DNA from: Polyangiaceae bacterium
GTDB lineage: Bacteria > Myxococcota_A > Polyangia > Polyangiales > Polyangiaceae
Assembly (NCBI GenBank): GCA_044376115.1
Contig: JBILLK010000018.1
Coordinates: forward strand, 151,338 to 215,337
Direction: 5' to 3'
DNA: 64,000 nucleotides
Of this stretch, positions 50,183-60,800 are shown piece by piece. How positions within the stretch are numbered: position 1 is the stretch's first letter; every line of letters begins with the position of its first letter. The position numbers were made by a program, and so were the translations under genes. The notes beneath the pieces are model-generated. The model did not search any database. It was not told the DNA's origin and worked only from the letters and a program-made list of their open reading frames with translations.

Positions 50183-50956
50183 ATGTTGCGAGGACGAGGA
50201 CGGCTCATGCAACGACTGTCCCTAGTCCTTGGGCTATTGTTGATTGCTTGCGAAACCCACGTTGTCGAGCCGTCGGGTGGTGGCGGAACAGGGGCCTCCG
50301 GTGGCAGCGGTGCGGGGGTGCCGACTGACTGTGAATCAGAGGATGGTCGGCGCGTATGCGGGGGTAACAATCAGTGTTTCCTCACAGAGGGAGAAGGTTT
50401 CAACGGCAACGGCTGCGTCTGCAGCATTGTCCTAACGGACAATGCCGACATGGGCTACTGCATAGAAACGGTTGAGGATTGGATGGGCGGCGGGCGCACC
50501 TGCAGGGACGGCGGGATCATTGGTCACGATCCGCCGGTCACCTGCTTACCCGCGGAGATGGGGGAACTTTTCTGCAAAGGCGGCGGAGAGAATTACGTCT
50601 TCTTTGTGGACCATCAACCGTTTGACTGTTCCCCGCTGCCCGAGCCGAGCGAATGCCTCAGCACCGACTCGCTTGAGCTTTGCGGCGATGCCTGCGGGCC
50701 CTGCTCTAACCCGGGCGATACTTGTTATGGGAGGTCTCCGCGGCATCCCTACAGCTTCTGCATCCCTCCGACCGGTACCCCCTGCTCGCCAACAAAGGCT
50801 TGCTCTGACCCCGAGCGAAGTTGCTTCATCTTCGAGCACCCAGATGACCCGGTGGCGCAGGCCTTGGCGGAACAGTTTGGTCTATGCGTTGAGCGAAGCG
50901 TGTGTGAAGCCGCCGCGGCGGAGTTGCCAGGCGGGGCCCGTTGTGAAGACTTCTAG
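50183..50956 (+). CDS. Cys-rich lipoprotein A
   Basis: GGAGGA SD, LLLIAC lipobox; paralogous to the next gene (SPRHPYSFC vs SPTHPYGLC). Confidence 0.75.
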   Translation: MLRGRGRLMQRLSLVLGLLLIACETHVVEPSGGGGTGASGGSGAGVPTDCESEDGRRVCGGNNQCFLTEGEGFNGNGCVCSIVLTDNADMGYCIETVEDWMGGGRTCRDGGIIGHDPPVTCLPAEMGELFCKGGGENYVFFVDHQPFDCSPLPEPSECLSTDSLELCGDACGPCSNPGDTCYGRSPRHPYSFCIPPTGTPCSPTKACSDPERSCFIFEHPDDPVAQALAEQFGLCVERSVCEAAAAELPGGARCEDF

Positions 50957-51674
50957 TGTTCTGACCGGTGCGTGCCTCGTGTTGGCGTGCGGTGCTCGGG
51001 ACTCGCTCTTGGCTGGCGATTCATTGGCAGGAGGTAGCGCTGCTTCGACGGGCGACTCTCCCACCGATTGCACACCTGCTGAGATTCGGCTTTGTGGCGC
51101 GAAGCCGTGTCCGCCAATGGACTTTGAAGCATGCCCAGGCGTTGGCTGTACCCCGGTAAGCGACGCCAACACGGGCGTGCTCCTCGAGGTTGGTATCTGT
51201 TGGCCCGATCTCGAGGATTGGGTTTCGAGTCGTTGTTTCGTGTGCAAAGCCGGTGAGGTCTGTGTTCACTACACAGAGGGCGAGAGCTACTGCGCCCCGC
51301 TCGAGGTGTGCGAGACACTGCTTGGGCTGAGTGCCGGAACCGCATGTCGATACACCGATCGGACCACGTTTACGGGGGCGCCTTTGGCAATCGGCAGTTC
51401 CTGCCCCGAGTACATGTGTGGCTTGGGTTGCCTGCCGTGCGGTGCGAGCGGAGCCTGCGTTGGGCTGTCGCCTACGCACCCGTATGGGCTTTGTTTGCCA
51501 GAGACGTTCAACGACGGTTGCTCCGTCAACAAGCCGGATTGCTCGTCCCAACGGCGATGTGGAATATTCAATGTCCCCGCTGAGGACCAGGCGTACGCCG
51601 AGGCGAACGGCATTTGCATCTCGCCGAACGACTGTGAACTGGGTGAGGCAGCCGGGCTTCTACGCTGCTACTAG
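50943..51674 (+). CDS. Cys-rich lipoprotein B
   Basis: GTG 50943 (MKTSSVLTGACLVLAC lipobox); Cys spacing shared with the upstream gene. Confidence 0.7.
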   Translation: MKTSSVLTGACLVLACGARDSLLAGDSLAGGSAASTGDSPTDCTPAEIRLCGAKPCPPMDFEACPGVGCTPVSDANTGVLLEVGICWPDLEDWVSSRCFVCKAGEVCVHYTEGESYCAPLEVCETLLGLSAGTACRYTDRTTFTGAPLAIGSSCPEYMCGLGCLPCGASGACVGLSPTHPYGLCLPETFNDGCSVNKPDCSSQRRCGIFNVPAEDQAYAEANGICISPNDCELGEAAGLLRCY

Positions 51675-51756
51675 ACCGCCGCGAGAACCTCGTTCTTGGA
51701 CTCACGCACGCGACCGGTTCCAAAACGCGCGAGCTGGTAGGCGCGCCGAGCGGACC

Positions 51757-51949
51757 GGCGCCGGGGATGGGCGGGCCAACTGGACGTTTTGTTGAATTGA
51801 GCCTTCGATCGATGCGGCATCGAGCCTCGAATTCAACAAAACGGTGAATTCGAGCGCCCATCCTCGATGGCCCCATCGTCGATGACCCCGCGCGCGAGCA
51901 GAAGGAGGTGCTTCCGGATCACGCGCCGGTCAGTGCTGTGTTTGGACTG
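51757..51949. repeat. About 190-bp hairpin-containing direct repeat, copy 2
   Basis: Matches 49979..50170; hairpin arms are identical while the loop differs. Confidence 0.85.
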
Positions 51950-51955
51950 TGACGG

Positions 51956-52432
51956 TCAATGCTTGATGCTGGGCCAGGTTGACCAATTGTTGCGGTAGCG
52001 CTCGAGACTAATGTTGTTGCATCTCAGCTCTCCGGTTGCGGTCGATAGGGACACAACCACCCGACCCTTGCTTGCTGAGCCAACACCTTTCGTATGGAGC
52101 TCGTACAGGCTCGCACGCGCAATTACGATGAAGTCATCCCACCGTTCCGCTTGTCGCACCGCAAAGACGTAGTGAACCTCCGGACGCGCCGGCTTCTCCA
52201 ACTGGTCCAGCCGCAAATTGAAGCTCGCCGCGTAGCCCTGCCGCCTCCTTTGCTTAGCGATGGAACACTTCACTTGGATGCGCGAGAGGTCACCGTTGTC
52301 GTCGCGAACAACAAACAAGTCTTCCCCAACATCGACTTCTGGAATGGCTACGTTGTAGCCGCGCATCAAGAATTCGGCCATCACCGCCAACTGACCACTT
52401 CGGCCAACGTAGAGGTTCTGCCGGTTGGACAT
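51956..52432 (-). CDS. PD-(D/E)XK-superfamily nuclease-like protein
   Basis: G..GQLAV.AEFL.RGY.V..P.VDVGEDL.V......IQVK motif. Confidence 0.75.
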   Translation of the reverse strand: MSNRQNLYVGRSGQLAVMAEFLMRGYNVAIPEVDVGEDLFVVRDDNGDLSRIQVKCSIAKQRRRQGYAASFNLRLDQLEKPARPEVHYVFAVRQAERWDDFIVIARASLYELHTKGVGSASKGRVVVSLSTATGELRCNNISLERYRNNWSTWPSIKH

Positions 52433-52435
52433 GAG

Positions 52436-52726
52436 CTACGCCGCTTCGAGCCGACGAACCACCCGGTGATCCGTAGGGTCGTAAATCTCGACACCACCAA
52501 GCTTGCGCAACTGGCTCCAAGTCAGGCCAGAGAGCATGATTGCTACCTGTTTCCAGTGCGGCCCGTGCGCCGCTTCAAACTCGGCTTTGGTCTCGTAGCC
52601 AAGGAACACGCTCGGCGCCTGCTTCACGAGCGGGAACGCCTTCGCGATGCGTGCCTTGCTTTCAGGATGAAGTTCGTACGCGCAGCCGTCGCCTTGTCGT
52701 CCGATGAGAACCTTGATCGGTGTCAT
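52436..52726 (-). CDS. Small hypothetical protein upstream of the nuclease-like gene
   Basis: 96-aa ORF, 3 bp from the next gene, protein-like composition. Confidence 0.6.
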   Translation of the reverse strand: MTPIKVLIGRQGDGCAYELHPESKARIAKAFPLVKQAPSVFLGYETKAEFEAAHGPHWKQVAIMLSGLTWSQLRKLGGVEIYDPTDHRVVRRLEAA

Positions 52727-53056
52727 TGTTCACCTAACGACAAGCACTTTATCACGGCCAGGCTGCTCGGCTCCTGTTCAGGCTTCACGACAGCCGCGCG
52801 GCAGGCTTTGACGTGTTGCCGGAAGACGCTGCGAGACTCCGAAGGGACTGAGCTGAGGTTCTCCAGAACGCTCCAATACATTTTGTTGAGCGCTGCGGTC
52901 GGGCTGAGGGCATTAGAGAACCATGAGCACGTCGTCAGGAGATCTCAGGCCGCTCGTGGAAGCGCTCCACGGCAGATTTTGCATAGGCGCTTCGGAGGCG
53001 CAGGCCCGGCCCGGCCTTGTAGGGAGCTGGCAGTCCGCCTACCTTGGGTCAAAATC

Positions 53057-53350
53057 ATGAGTTTACCCGCCATTCGTATTGGAGACATGGCGCCCTGCCC
53101 GGCGACGGACCCAAAGCCTCACGAGGTCGCGACGGTGCTCACGGGCAACCCAACCGTGCTCGTTGAAGGCGTGCCGGCCGCGCACCTCGGGAGCGTGGTC
53201 GCGTGCTCGGGCGTGCCTACGCCGAACACGATCGTCGCGGGCTCGGGCACGGTCCTCGTGGGCGGCCTAGGCGCAGCAAAGCTTGGAGACGCGACCGCCC
53301 ACGGCGGCACCGTGTTGCCAACGCAAGGGACCGTTCTCGTCGGTGGCTGA
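53057..53350 (+). CDS. PAAR-repeat protein
   Basis: MSLPAIRIGD..C......H, VLVEGVPAAHLG, GSGTVLVGG.GAAKLGDATAHGG; start ATG 53057. Confidence 0.9.
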   Translation: MSLPAIRIGDMAPCPATDPKPHEVATVLTGNPTVLVEGVPAAHLGSVVACSGVPTPNTIVAGSGTVLVGGLGAAKLGDATAHGGTVLPTQGTVLVGG

Positions 53351-53371
53351 ACAGCCAAGGAGACTCAAAGC

Positions 53372-55373
53372 ATGCCCGTGAACGTGCAGCTCGTATTTGA
53401 TGATGGTTCCTCGCCCATCGCAGACGCCTTGGTGTTTCACCTGCGCTACGAGGACGCGCTCAACCAGCCGTTCGCGTTGACGCTCCGGCTCACCTCTTCG
53501 GATCCCGCCATCGTCCCCTCCCACGTGCTCGGCGCGCGCGTGGTGGTTGAACTCCAAGGCGAGCCTTGGCTCCCCAGGATTCCCGGCATCATCGCGTCGT
53601 TCCAGCAAAAGACGGCGCTCGCGGGATCAACGGTCGGCGCGTCGATCTATGAGCTCACGGTGCGTCCACCGCTTTGGCTCCTCTCGCGGCGCACGGCGCG
53701 GCGTATCCATCAGAACGTCACAGCGATCGGCGCGGTCGAGGCAACGCTCGCGGAACTCGGTGGCGTCGCGGATGCGCCCAAGAGCCGCTGCGCGCGGACC
53801 TTGCCGATCGCCGAAGTGATCGTGCAATACGACGAGACCGACCTTCACTTCGTGCGGCGCATTCTCGCCGAGGCGCACGTGGTTGCGTTCTTTGATCCCA
53901 CGGCAGATCACGCGTGGACCCTCGCGGACAACCTGGCCAGTGCGAGCGCGCCGCTGCCAACACCCCTAGGATTCCGCCAAAGGCGGATGCAGCAACAAGA
54001 ATGACTCGTGCCCTCAGGCAGACAGCCCCGAAGGGTCACCCAGTATGATGAACCGGCACGAGTCATTCCGGCCGCCAACCGGACTGGTTCCGACCTCGCC
54101 CCACGTGCTCTCGCTATGCAGCGCCGATGCTTTGGACGTGTCCGAGGCCTCGCTCCGTGACTACAACTTCGAGCATCCGCAACTCGTACGAGCAACGCCT
54201 GCTGGGCTCGACGGGCAAGCGCAAGCAACCTCACCGCAACCGAACGAGCGAGGGCAACTCCAGCTATTTCAAATAGGCCGCTTTGATTCGGATCAGGACG
54301 GCGCGGAGATCGCAACGCGCGAGCTGCAAGCAGAGCGGAGCCAGGCCCACCTGCTGACCTGCACCACCAACTTTGCGTTGCCCTGTGGTTCGAGATTCTT
54401 GTTGCTCGATCATCCGCGGACCGATCTCGGCACGGACTTCGTGGTCATCGCCTCGACCATCACGCTCGACGATGGATCGAGCGCCCTTGGAGGCGAAGGC
54501 GCAGCTGGGCGTCGCTATGTGTCAACCTGCATCCCTGCTGCCCAGCCTCATTTCGCGAGTCCCTTGCCGCTGCCGAAGGTCCCCGGTTCAGAATCTGCGT
54601 TCGTCGTCGGCGATGGCCCTGAAGGCACCGTCGAGGTCGACGCGTATGGCCGGGTAAAGATCGAGTTCCCCTGGGACCGCAGAGATCTGCGACGAGGCAA
54701 TCCCACACGCTGGGTGCGCGTTTCGCAAGCTTGGGCCGGCGCGAATCTCGGCATCGTAACCTTGCCCCGGATCGGCGATGAGGTGCTCGTTAGCTATCTG
54801 GGAGGTGATCCCGATCAGCCGATCGTCACAGGGCGCGCGCACAACGCGATGACACGTACGCCCCTGCAGCTGCCGGACCCGGATCGAACGCTGAGCATCT
54901 GGCGCTCGCGCACGATTGGAGGTGACGGCTACAACGAAATCTTTATGGACGATGCCCCGGGCGCAGAGCGGCTCTGGCTGAGGGCCGAGCGGCACCACAA
55001 GCTGCACGTCAAAGGCAGCTCTGACGTTCTTGTCGACGGAGACTCGAACGTGACAGTGGGTGGGGATTGCACGGTCAAGGTCGCAAAGGCGCTCGATGTG
55101 ACTTCGGCGTCGTTCACACAAGAGACCGGCCCGCACGAGACGCGCTCCACCTCGACCAAACATACGGCGCGCGACGAGCTGGTGCTCGAGTCCGACTCGA
55201 TCCTGATCGAGGGCACCTCGCAGGTCCGCATCGTCTGCGGCGGCTCGGAGATCACGCTCACGCCCGGCGGGGTCTCGATCAAGGGCGGCTCAATCACGAT
55301 CGAGGGCGACGAAGTGAAGATCGCTGCCACCGGCGTGACGGATATCGACGGTGCATTGATCACGCTCAACTGA
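53372..55373 (+). pseudogene. vgrG: VgrG split into 53372..54004 and 54045..55373 by a 94-bp insertion
   Basis: N-part has EDALNQPF and VQYDETDLHFVRR. C-part has DYNFEHP, DAYGRVKIEFPWDR, WVRVSQAWAG and PRIGDEVLVSYLGGDPDQP. Removing 53972-54065 restores the frame (GFRPPT). Confidence 0.85.
53972..54065. mobile_element. 94-bp structured insertion with ATTCCG flanking duplication
   Basis: ATTCCG at 53971-53976 and 54065-54070; 14-bp inverted repeat GAATGACTCGTGCC (53999-54012) / GGCACGAGTCATTC (54055-54068). Confidence 0.65.
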
Positions 55374-55386
55374 GGACGAACTCGCG

Positions 55387-57297
55387 ATGCGATTGCTGAA
55401 GATCGAAACCGACAACGTCCTGGGCCTGGCTGACGGCTCGTACGCATTCACGAAGCGGGCACACGATGCACTCGCTGGCGCGACGGTCATCACAGGCCCC
55501 AGCGGAGCTGGAAAGACCTCGCTCTTGACCGCGATCGCATTTGGGCGGGAGGCGCTCGCTGGCTATGGACCTCCAGAGAAGCCCGAGCGGTTGCTTCGCT
55601 TCGGCGCCAGCAAGGGCAGCCTGCGCATCGCCTTCGAACTCGACGAGACGGAGGTGGCACTCGCGGAGGTCGAGGAACGCACCGTCGAGCTGACGATCTC
55701 CCTCGCAGCCGACGCGGCGCCTCCCACCGTTAGCAAGTCGCTTCGTAAGCTGTTTGGGCGCTTTGGCGACAAGGCTGCGTTGGGCGCGCTCGAGTACTTC
55801 CCCGATAACCGCACGCTCGATCCCGTGGGTGCGCGCACGGCGCTTGAACAAGAGAAGCGGCTGCGCCCGGGGCGCGCGCGGCAGAAGTACTCCGGCCTTG
55901 TGCCGTGGCTGCAGAGCCTCGCGGCGAAGAGCGCTGCGGAGCCCAACGCACTGGCTTCCTTTCGGGCCGCGCTTGAGCAGCTAGCGCCAGGTCTCGAGCT
56001 GATCGGACTGGATGCGCAAGAGGTCCCTGAGCTCCTCTTCGCGCTGGGTGGAAGCTCAATGCCGATCGGGCGGCTCTCGACTTCGCAAGCGCAGGCCGTA
56101 CTCATCGCCGGTACGCTCGTCCGCTTTGGGCTGGAGACGGGCCTGGTGCTCATCGACCAACCGGAGCTGCATCTCGGCAGCGAGGCTCAAGCACGCTTCG
56201 TGCGCGGCTTGGCGCTGGTCGCCCGCGACGCCCAGCTCATCATCGCGACCGGCTCGAGCAGCGTGGTCGCCGCGGTGCAAAGCAGTCAGCTGCTGCAGCT
56301 CAAGCCGCCAGCTGCATCCGCGCTAACCGCAGCAGCGCCCCTCCCCTACGGCCTCCCTTCCCTAAGCCTCAACGGCGCACGCCCAGCGGAGCCACCACCG
56401 CCGGAAAAGCCATCCACCGGCCCCTCCGCGCTCGAGACCCCGCGGCCGATAGAGGCCCCAACCCCCAGCCAAGACAGCACTGTAGCGAGGCCCGCAGCGG
56501 TTTTCACGCCTCGCGAAGCGAGCCACGCAACGCCAAGCTACCTTCAACAGCAAGCCCGCACACCCGCGCCTTACCTACCTATCGCCGACGCGCCTGCGCC
56601 TTACCTACCTATCGCCGATGCACCAGCGCCCTACGTGCCTATGGCCGAGGCGCAACCCGCCACCCCGATAGCGCACGCCCCTCCGCGCGTCGTGATCCGC
56701 CCGTACGAACCGCCCGCGCAAGCTCCTGCGCCACAGCCACCGCCCGCTTCGGTCCCGGCGACCGAGGAGATCGACACGTCGGCGTTCCGCAATCGTAAGC
56801 CTCTATCGGCGGAGGACGCCAGCGTACTCGCGCGCATGAAGCAAGGAACTTCGGGCGCGAGCGCAGACTCCACAGCGTTTCTCAATCCCGTCGCTCCGCC
56901 CAGCGCTAACCAATTGCCGTTTCGGCCGAGTGCCCCCGCTTCAGCGAGTGCACCTGCGGCTCCCGCTAGCTCGCGTCATCCTTCGCTCCAAAGTGGCTTT
57001 ACCATGGCTGGCTCCTCCGGCGCGCGGCCCAGCATGCCCTTCATGCGCGGCGGATCACCCAACCCCGAGTCCCTCCCGCCGGGGTGGAGTATCCAACGCT
57101 ACGCCGCCCTCTGCATTGACCTGCACGCCAGCGGAATGCCCGAAGAGCGCGTGCTTGCCATGGCGCAACTCAGCCGCGACCAGCGCCTTGCGCTCGATAA
57201 CTATTGGCAAGGGCGTATGACGCAGGAGCCGGCCTTGCGAGCCGAGTGGAAGGCGCACGCCGACAGGCGCGAGGCCGAACTTCGAGGTCGCCGCTAA
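55387..57297 (+). CDS. ABC/AAA_21-like ATPase domain fused by a Pro-rich linker to the shared helical C-terminal domain
   Basis: Walker A GPSGAGKT, LSTSQ signature, VLIDQPELHL, IIATGS; PAPYLPIADA-like x3; C-terminus homologous to 9172..10551. Confidence 0.8.
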   Translation: MRLLKIETDNVLGLADGSYAFTKRAHDALAGATVITGPSGAGKTSLLTAIAFGREALAGYGPPEKPERLLRFGASKGSLRIAFELDETEVALAEVEERTVELTISLAADAAPPTVSKSLRKLFGRFGDKAALGALEYFPDNRTLDPVGARTALEQEKRLRPGRARQKYSGLVPWLQSLAAKSAAEPNALASFRAALEQLAPGLELIGLDAQEVPELLFALGGSSMPIGRLSTSQAQAVLIAGTLVRFGLETGLVLIDQPELHLGSEAQARFVRGLALVARDAQLIIATGSSSVVAAVQSSQLLQLKPPAASALTAAAPLPYGLPSLSLNGARPAEPPPPEKPSTGPSALETPRPIEAPTPSQDSTVARPAAVFTPREASHATPSYLQQQARTPAPYLPIADAPAPYLPIADAPAPYVPMAEAQPATPIAHAPPRVVIRPYEPPAQAPAPQPPPASVPATEEIDTSAFRNRKPLSAEDASVLARMKQGTSGASADSTAFLNPVAPPSANQLPFRPSAPASASAPAAPASSRHPSLQSGFTMAGSSGARPSMPFMRGGSPNPESLPPGWSIQRYAALCIDLHASGMPEERVLAMAQLSRDQRLALDNYWQGRMTQEPALRAEWKAHADRREAELRGRR

Positions 57298-57878
57298 TGT
57301 TTATTCCGCACCTCACCCGGTGGTTGCGATTGCCCGGTAAAGCCGGTAGCCCAGAACCAGTATGGGTCAGCCCGCCCGAGGTAAAACCGGATGAACCCGG
57401 CCTCGTGCGGGAGGACAAACTCGCAGGCTACTACCTCGTCCACGACTGGTTTCACGACCCCGACCACTTCGAACCACTCGAAGAGATGTTCGTCTTCCTC
57501 GGCGGAGAGCTCCACCCCAACCCCTGCAGCGTCGGCGACCGCATCGACCCCCTCGTGCGCGCCTTCGATCAGGAGAGGCTTTGGCTGTGGAGAGTCCCGG
57601 TTTTTGCCGTGGCAGAGCCAGCTGTGTTTCCGGCGGTGCCGGGAGGTGTAGGGCCAGGCACCGGGAGTACGCGGCTTACGTGGATTGAGATCGTGCTCGT
57701 TGATGCGGAGGGTCGGCCGGTTCCCGATGCCCCCTACCTTATTACGGTCGCCGACGGTTCGCAGCGACGAGGCCGTCTCAATCAGAGCGGCTTTGCCCGT
57801 GTCGACGGCATACCAGTCGGCGGCTGCGATGTTTCGTTTACCGAGATTGATGGACGAGAGTGGGCTAAGCAGCAATGA
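57297..57878 (+). CDS. Protein with C-terminal transthyretin-like/carboxypeptidase-regulatory-like domain
   Basis: TAATG-coupled start at 57297; WIEIVLVDAEGRPVPDAPYLITVADG..RRGRLNQSGFARVDGIP.G.C.VSF. Confidence 0.72.
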   Translation: MFIPHLTRWLRLPGKAGSPEPVWVSPPEVKPDEPGLVREDKLAGYYLVHDWFHDPDHFEPLEEMFVFLGGELHPNPCSVGDRIDPLVRAFDQERLWLWRVPVFAVAEPAVFPAVPGGVGPGTGSTRLTWIEIVLVDAEGRPVPDAPYLITVADGSQRRGRLNQSGFARVDGIPVGGCDVSFTEIDGREWAKQQ

Positions 57879-60800
57879 AGCAGCACCGATTTCAGCAAGG
57901 CGAAGACATCGAAGCAATCGCTCGTCAGTATGGCTTCTACCTGCCAGCGACTATTTGGAATGACAGTTCCAATGATGCGCTTCGGGAGCTACGCAAAAGC
58001 CCCTACGCACTAGCAACCGGCGACCTCATCAACATCCCCGATCTTCAGATCGAGAGCGTCGACGCAGCCGACGAGAGGAGGCACGTCTACCAACTCAAGG
58101 GGCTGACTCGACCGGCCTTCTATTCACGCCTCGTACCGGGGCCAGACAATCCGGCGGCGCGGGTTGCACCCGTCTTCTCGCAACCAGGTGCTATTGGCTT
58201 TGACATCTCCTTCGTGCCTCATCTGGCGGGCGCGCTTAAACACGTTGCCGCTGCCCATGAGGGAGCCCGCTTCCAAGCATTGTTCACCGGCCGCGGAAAG
58301 CTTGCCGAGGCAACCTTGCTGCAAAGTGCCGCCTACCTCCTTATTGGGAACAAGTCCGCCTGGATGGCAGACGCCCTGGCAAGGCACGACGACGCCGACT
58401 TGCGGGTACTCCTGGTATGGGTGGCCAACGTACTAGGCATACCGTGCGATCCGGGTAGCCCTGGCGATTCAACATCGCAGGGCTTTGGCCACGCCTTGAG
58501 GCGACTTCGCTCGGCGCTCGCCATCAAACACGGCGCGTCCGTCTCCCGGGCGGATATGGAACTCCGGCCGGAGGAGGACTTACCTATCATCTATGACGCA
58601 ATGGAAGAGACGCTGCGCGCAGCAACGGAGCTTTCCATCGGAGGGATAGCGCTGGCCCGCGCAAAGATTGAGTTCCTCTCTCCCCTCTGGGTGGATCTCA
58701 CCCGCAACGACGGTATTGAGGGCAGCTCCGCTGCTGCAAGTCTGGACCTGGTGCTTTTTGATGACCAAGTCGTCAAGGCAACGCGGGGGCCCATTCATCC
58801 GCTCTTGGCAAAGGCGGCGTCGTTTGCGTATGAGGCGCTATTGCCCAGGCAAACGGTGACGACCTTCAAGCCGCTGCGCCCACACCGGCTCGATTTCGAG
58901 GACATCCACTTCGGCGCTGGGCGTAGCGTCTTTCTTCCGACCGAGTTGACCGCCGCGGGGCCTGACGAACACTGGGGCATCACCGGCGCAGACGTGCTGG
59001 TTGCGGCGTTGGTCTACGCACGGAGCCGTCCGACACAGACGCTCATTGTAACGGGCCACACAGATTCTACTTCTTCCAAGCTGCAGAACTTTACGCTCGC
59101 CCAGCAGCGCGCTCACAGCGTGAAGCTCCTACTTACCGGAATGGAGGCCATGGAGGAATGGGCGCAACACGCACACGCCGAAGGCACGCAAGACGATGCC
59201 AATGAGTACTTGCGTTGGGCCGCCGAACGATTTGGCTACGGCTCTTGGCCTTCACCCTTCGACAGCCCCGACTCCGCGAGAGACAGGCGAGCACTCCTCG
59301 CATTTCGGCGTCGCTTCAATCTCGACGTTAGCGACTACAGGGCGATGTCTATCAATCACTACAGACCAGCGTTTACCAAGGAGCTACAGCTCACGGGTCC
59401 CCTTTCCAAGGACGATTGGCGCGGATTCTTCCAGATGGTGCAACGCTACATTTCGGACCAAAGCGTCACGTCCGGGCGCATCCCGACCGAACGCTCGCTA
59501 AAATTTGGCGCAGACGCTTTGGGGTGCGGCGAGAGCCACCCGTTCAACCTCGAACAACGCGAGCGCAAACGCTTAGCACTCTATCCGGATGAAAACCTTG
59601 GCGAGAACCCAGCCGACCGCCGCGTTGAACTCATCTTCCTCGACGCCGACGAGTTTGCCTTGTTGCCCTCGCCGATGCTCTGCCACCCTAGCCCTGCAGC
59701 AGGAGCGTGCAAACCCGAACTGTGCATGCTCTACGACCAGAAGTTGTTCGACTTCCAACGGCTAAGCGCCGTGCCTCAGCGGGGCAAGATTGAGATCATT
59801 GAGCGGACGGTGATGCGGGATAAGCGCCTATTCACCGAGGACAAGCAGGAGCTGATGGAAGAAGTGTCGGGCGACTTTACCCCGCTTCTAGACGAGAAGG
59901 TCAAGATCCTGCTGCGGGTGACTCCACCCTATGTACCATTTGAAGGGAGTCTCCAACTTGCGATTGGGCGACGGACGAACAGCGAGGAGAAGCCAATGTC
60001 GACCGTTGCGACAATTGATTGGATGGACCCGGTTACGAAGAGCGTGTTCTTCAAGCTTACCGGCCCCACGCTCTTAACCGTCGAATGGGACGGGCACGGA
60101 ACTCACGACGTCGCTCGCGAGTACTCCGACCGCCAAATCTTCGACGAGAATACCGAGACGATGGTCAACATTCCGATGATGGAGATGAAGTACGCAGAGA
60201 CACCTGGTCGCGTGCGGCACGGGGCGTACTTCATTGAGCACGTCCGTATGTGGGATAAAGCTGATACTGGCGCTGGCGAATATGCGCCTGACTACGAGGA
60301 GCAGAATGAGCTCGCGATGGTGGTACAGGTGGTACTTGACGTCTGGTTCGAAGATGAGCCGTGGAAAGTGCTCAATGCAGTCGGCTTTGGCGCAACCCGT
60401 GACGCAACAACTGTCCCGTTTGTGAACACGTACCTTGAGGCGGTCGTCCTGAGGACACACTACTACCTTAGAGACGCTAATCTTCGGTTCGTAATCTGTC
60501 GCCTGCGCGCAAGAGCGGTGGGCGGGCTGCTTGTAAAGATAGATTGTGCGCAGCACTGGGTTCAGGTGCCGGGAGAGTATTCCGAGACAGGCGGCGAGAT
60601 GGGTCCCGCCCAACACAAGGGGGAAACCTTCGCAATGTTCCGCCTAGACGGAGCGATCTTCAAAGAGAACCTATTTCTTTGGTACGAAGAGTTCAGTGCG
60701 GCACAGCCCAATCTGGCCGAGGATGGGAAGAGAGCCTACGACATTGTCATCTATTCAGCAGTTCTGCTCGAGGACACTAGCAAAGACGATGGGTACGAGG

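Noticed and set aside
49979..51949. Integron attC interpretation of the repeats (also at 22.2-22.4 kb)
   Set aside because: No clear RYYYAAC...GTTRRRY boundaries and no integron integrase in the window.
53999..54068. Hammerhead ribozyme or group II intron remnant in the vgrG insertion
   Set aside because: No CUGAnGA/GAAA core and no domain V consensus on either strand.
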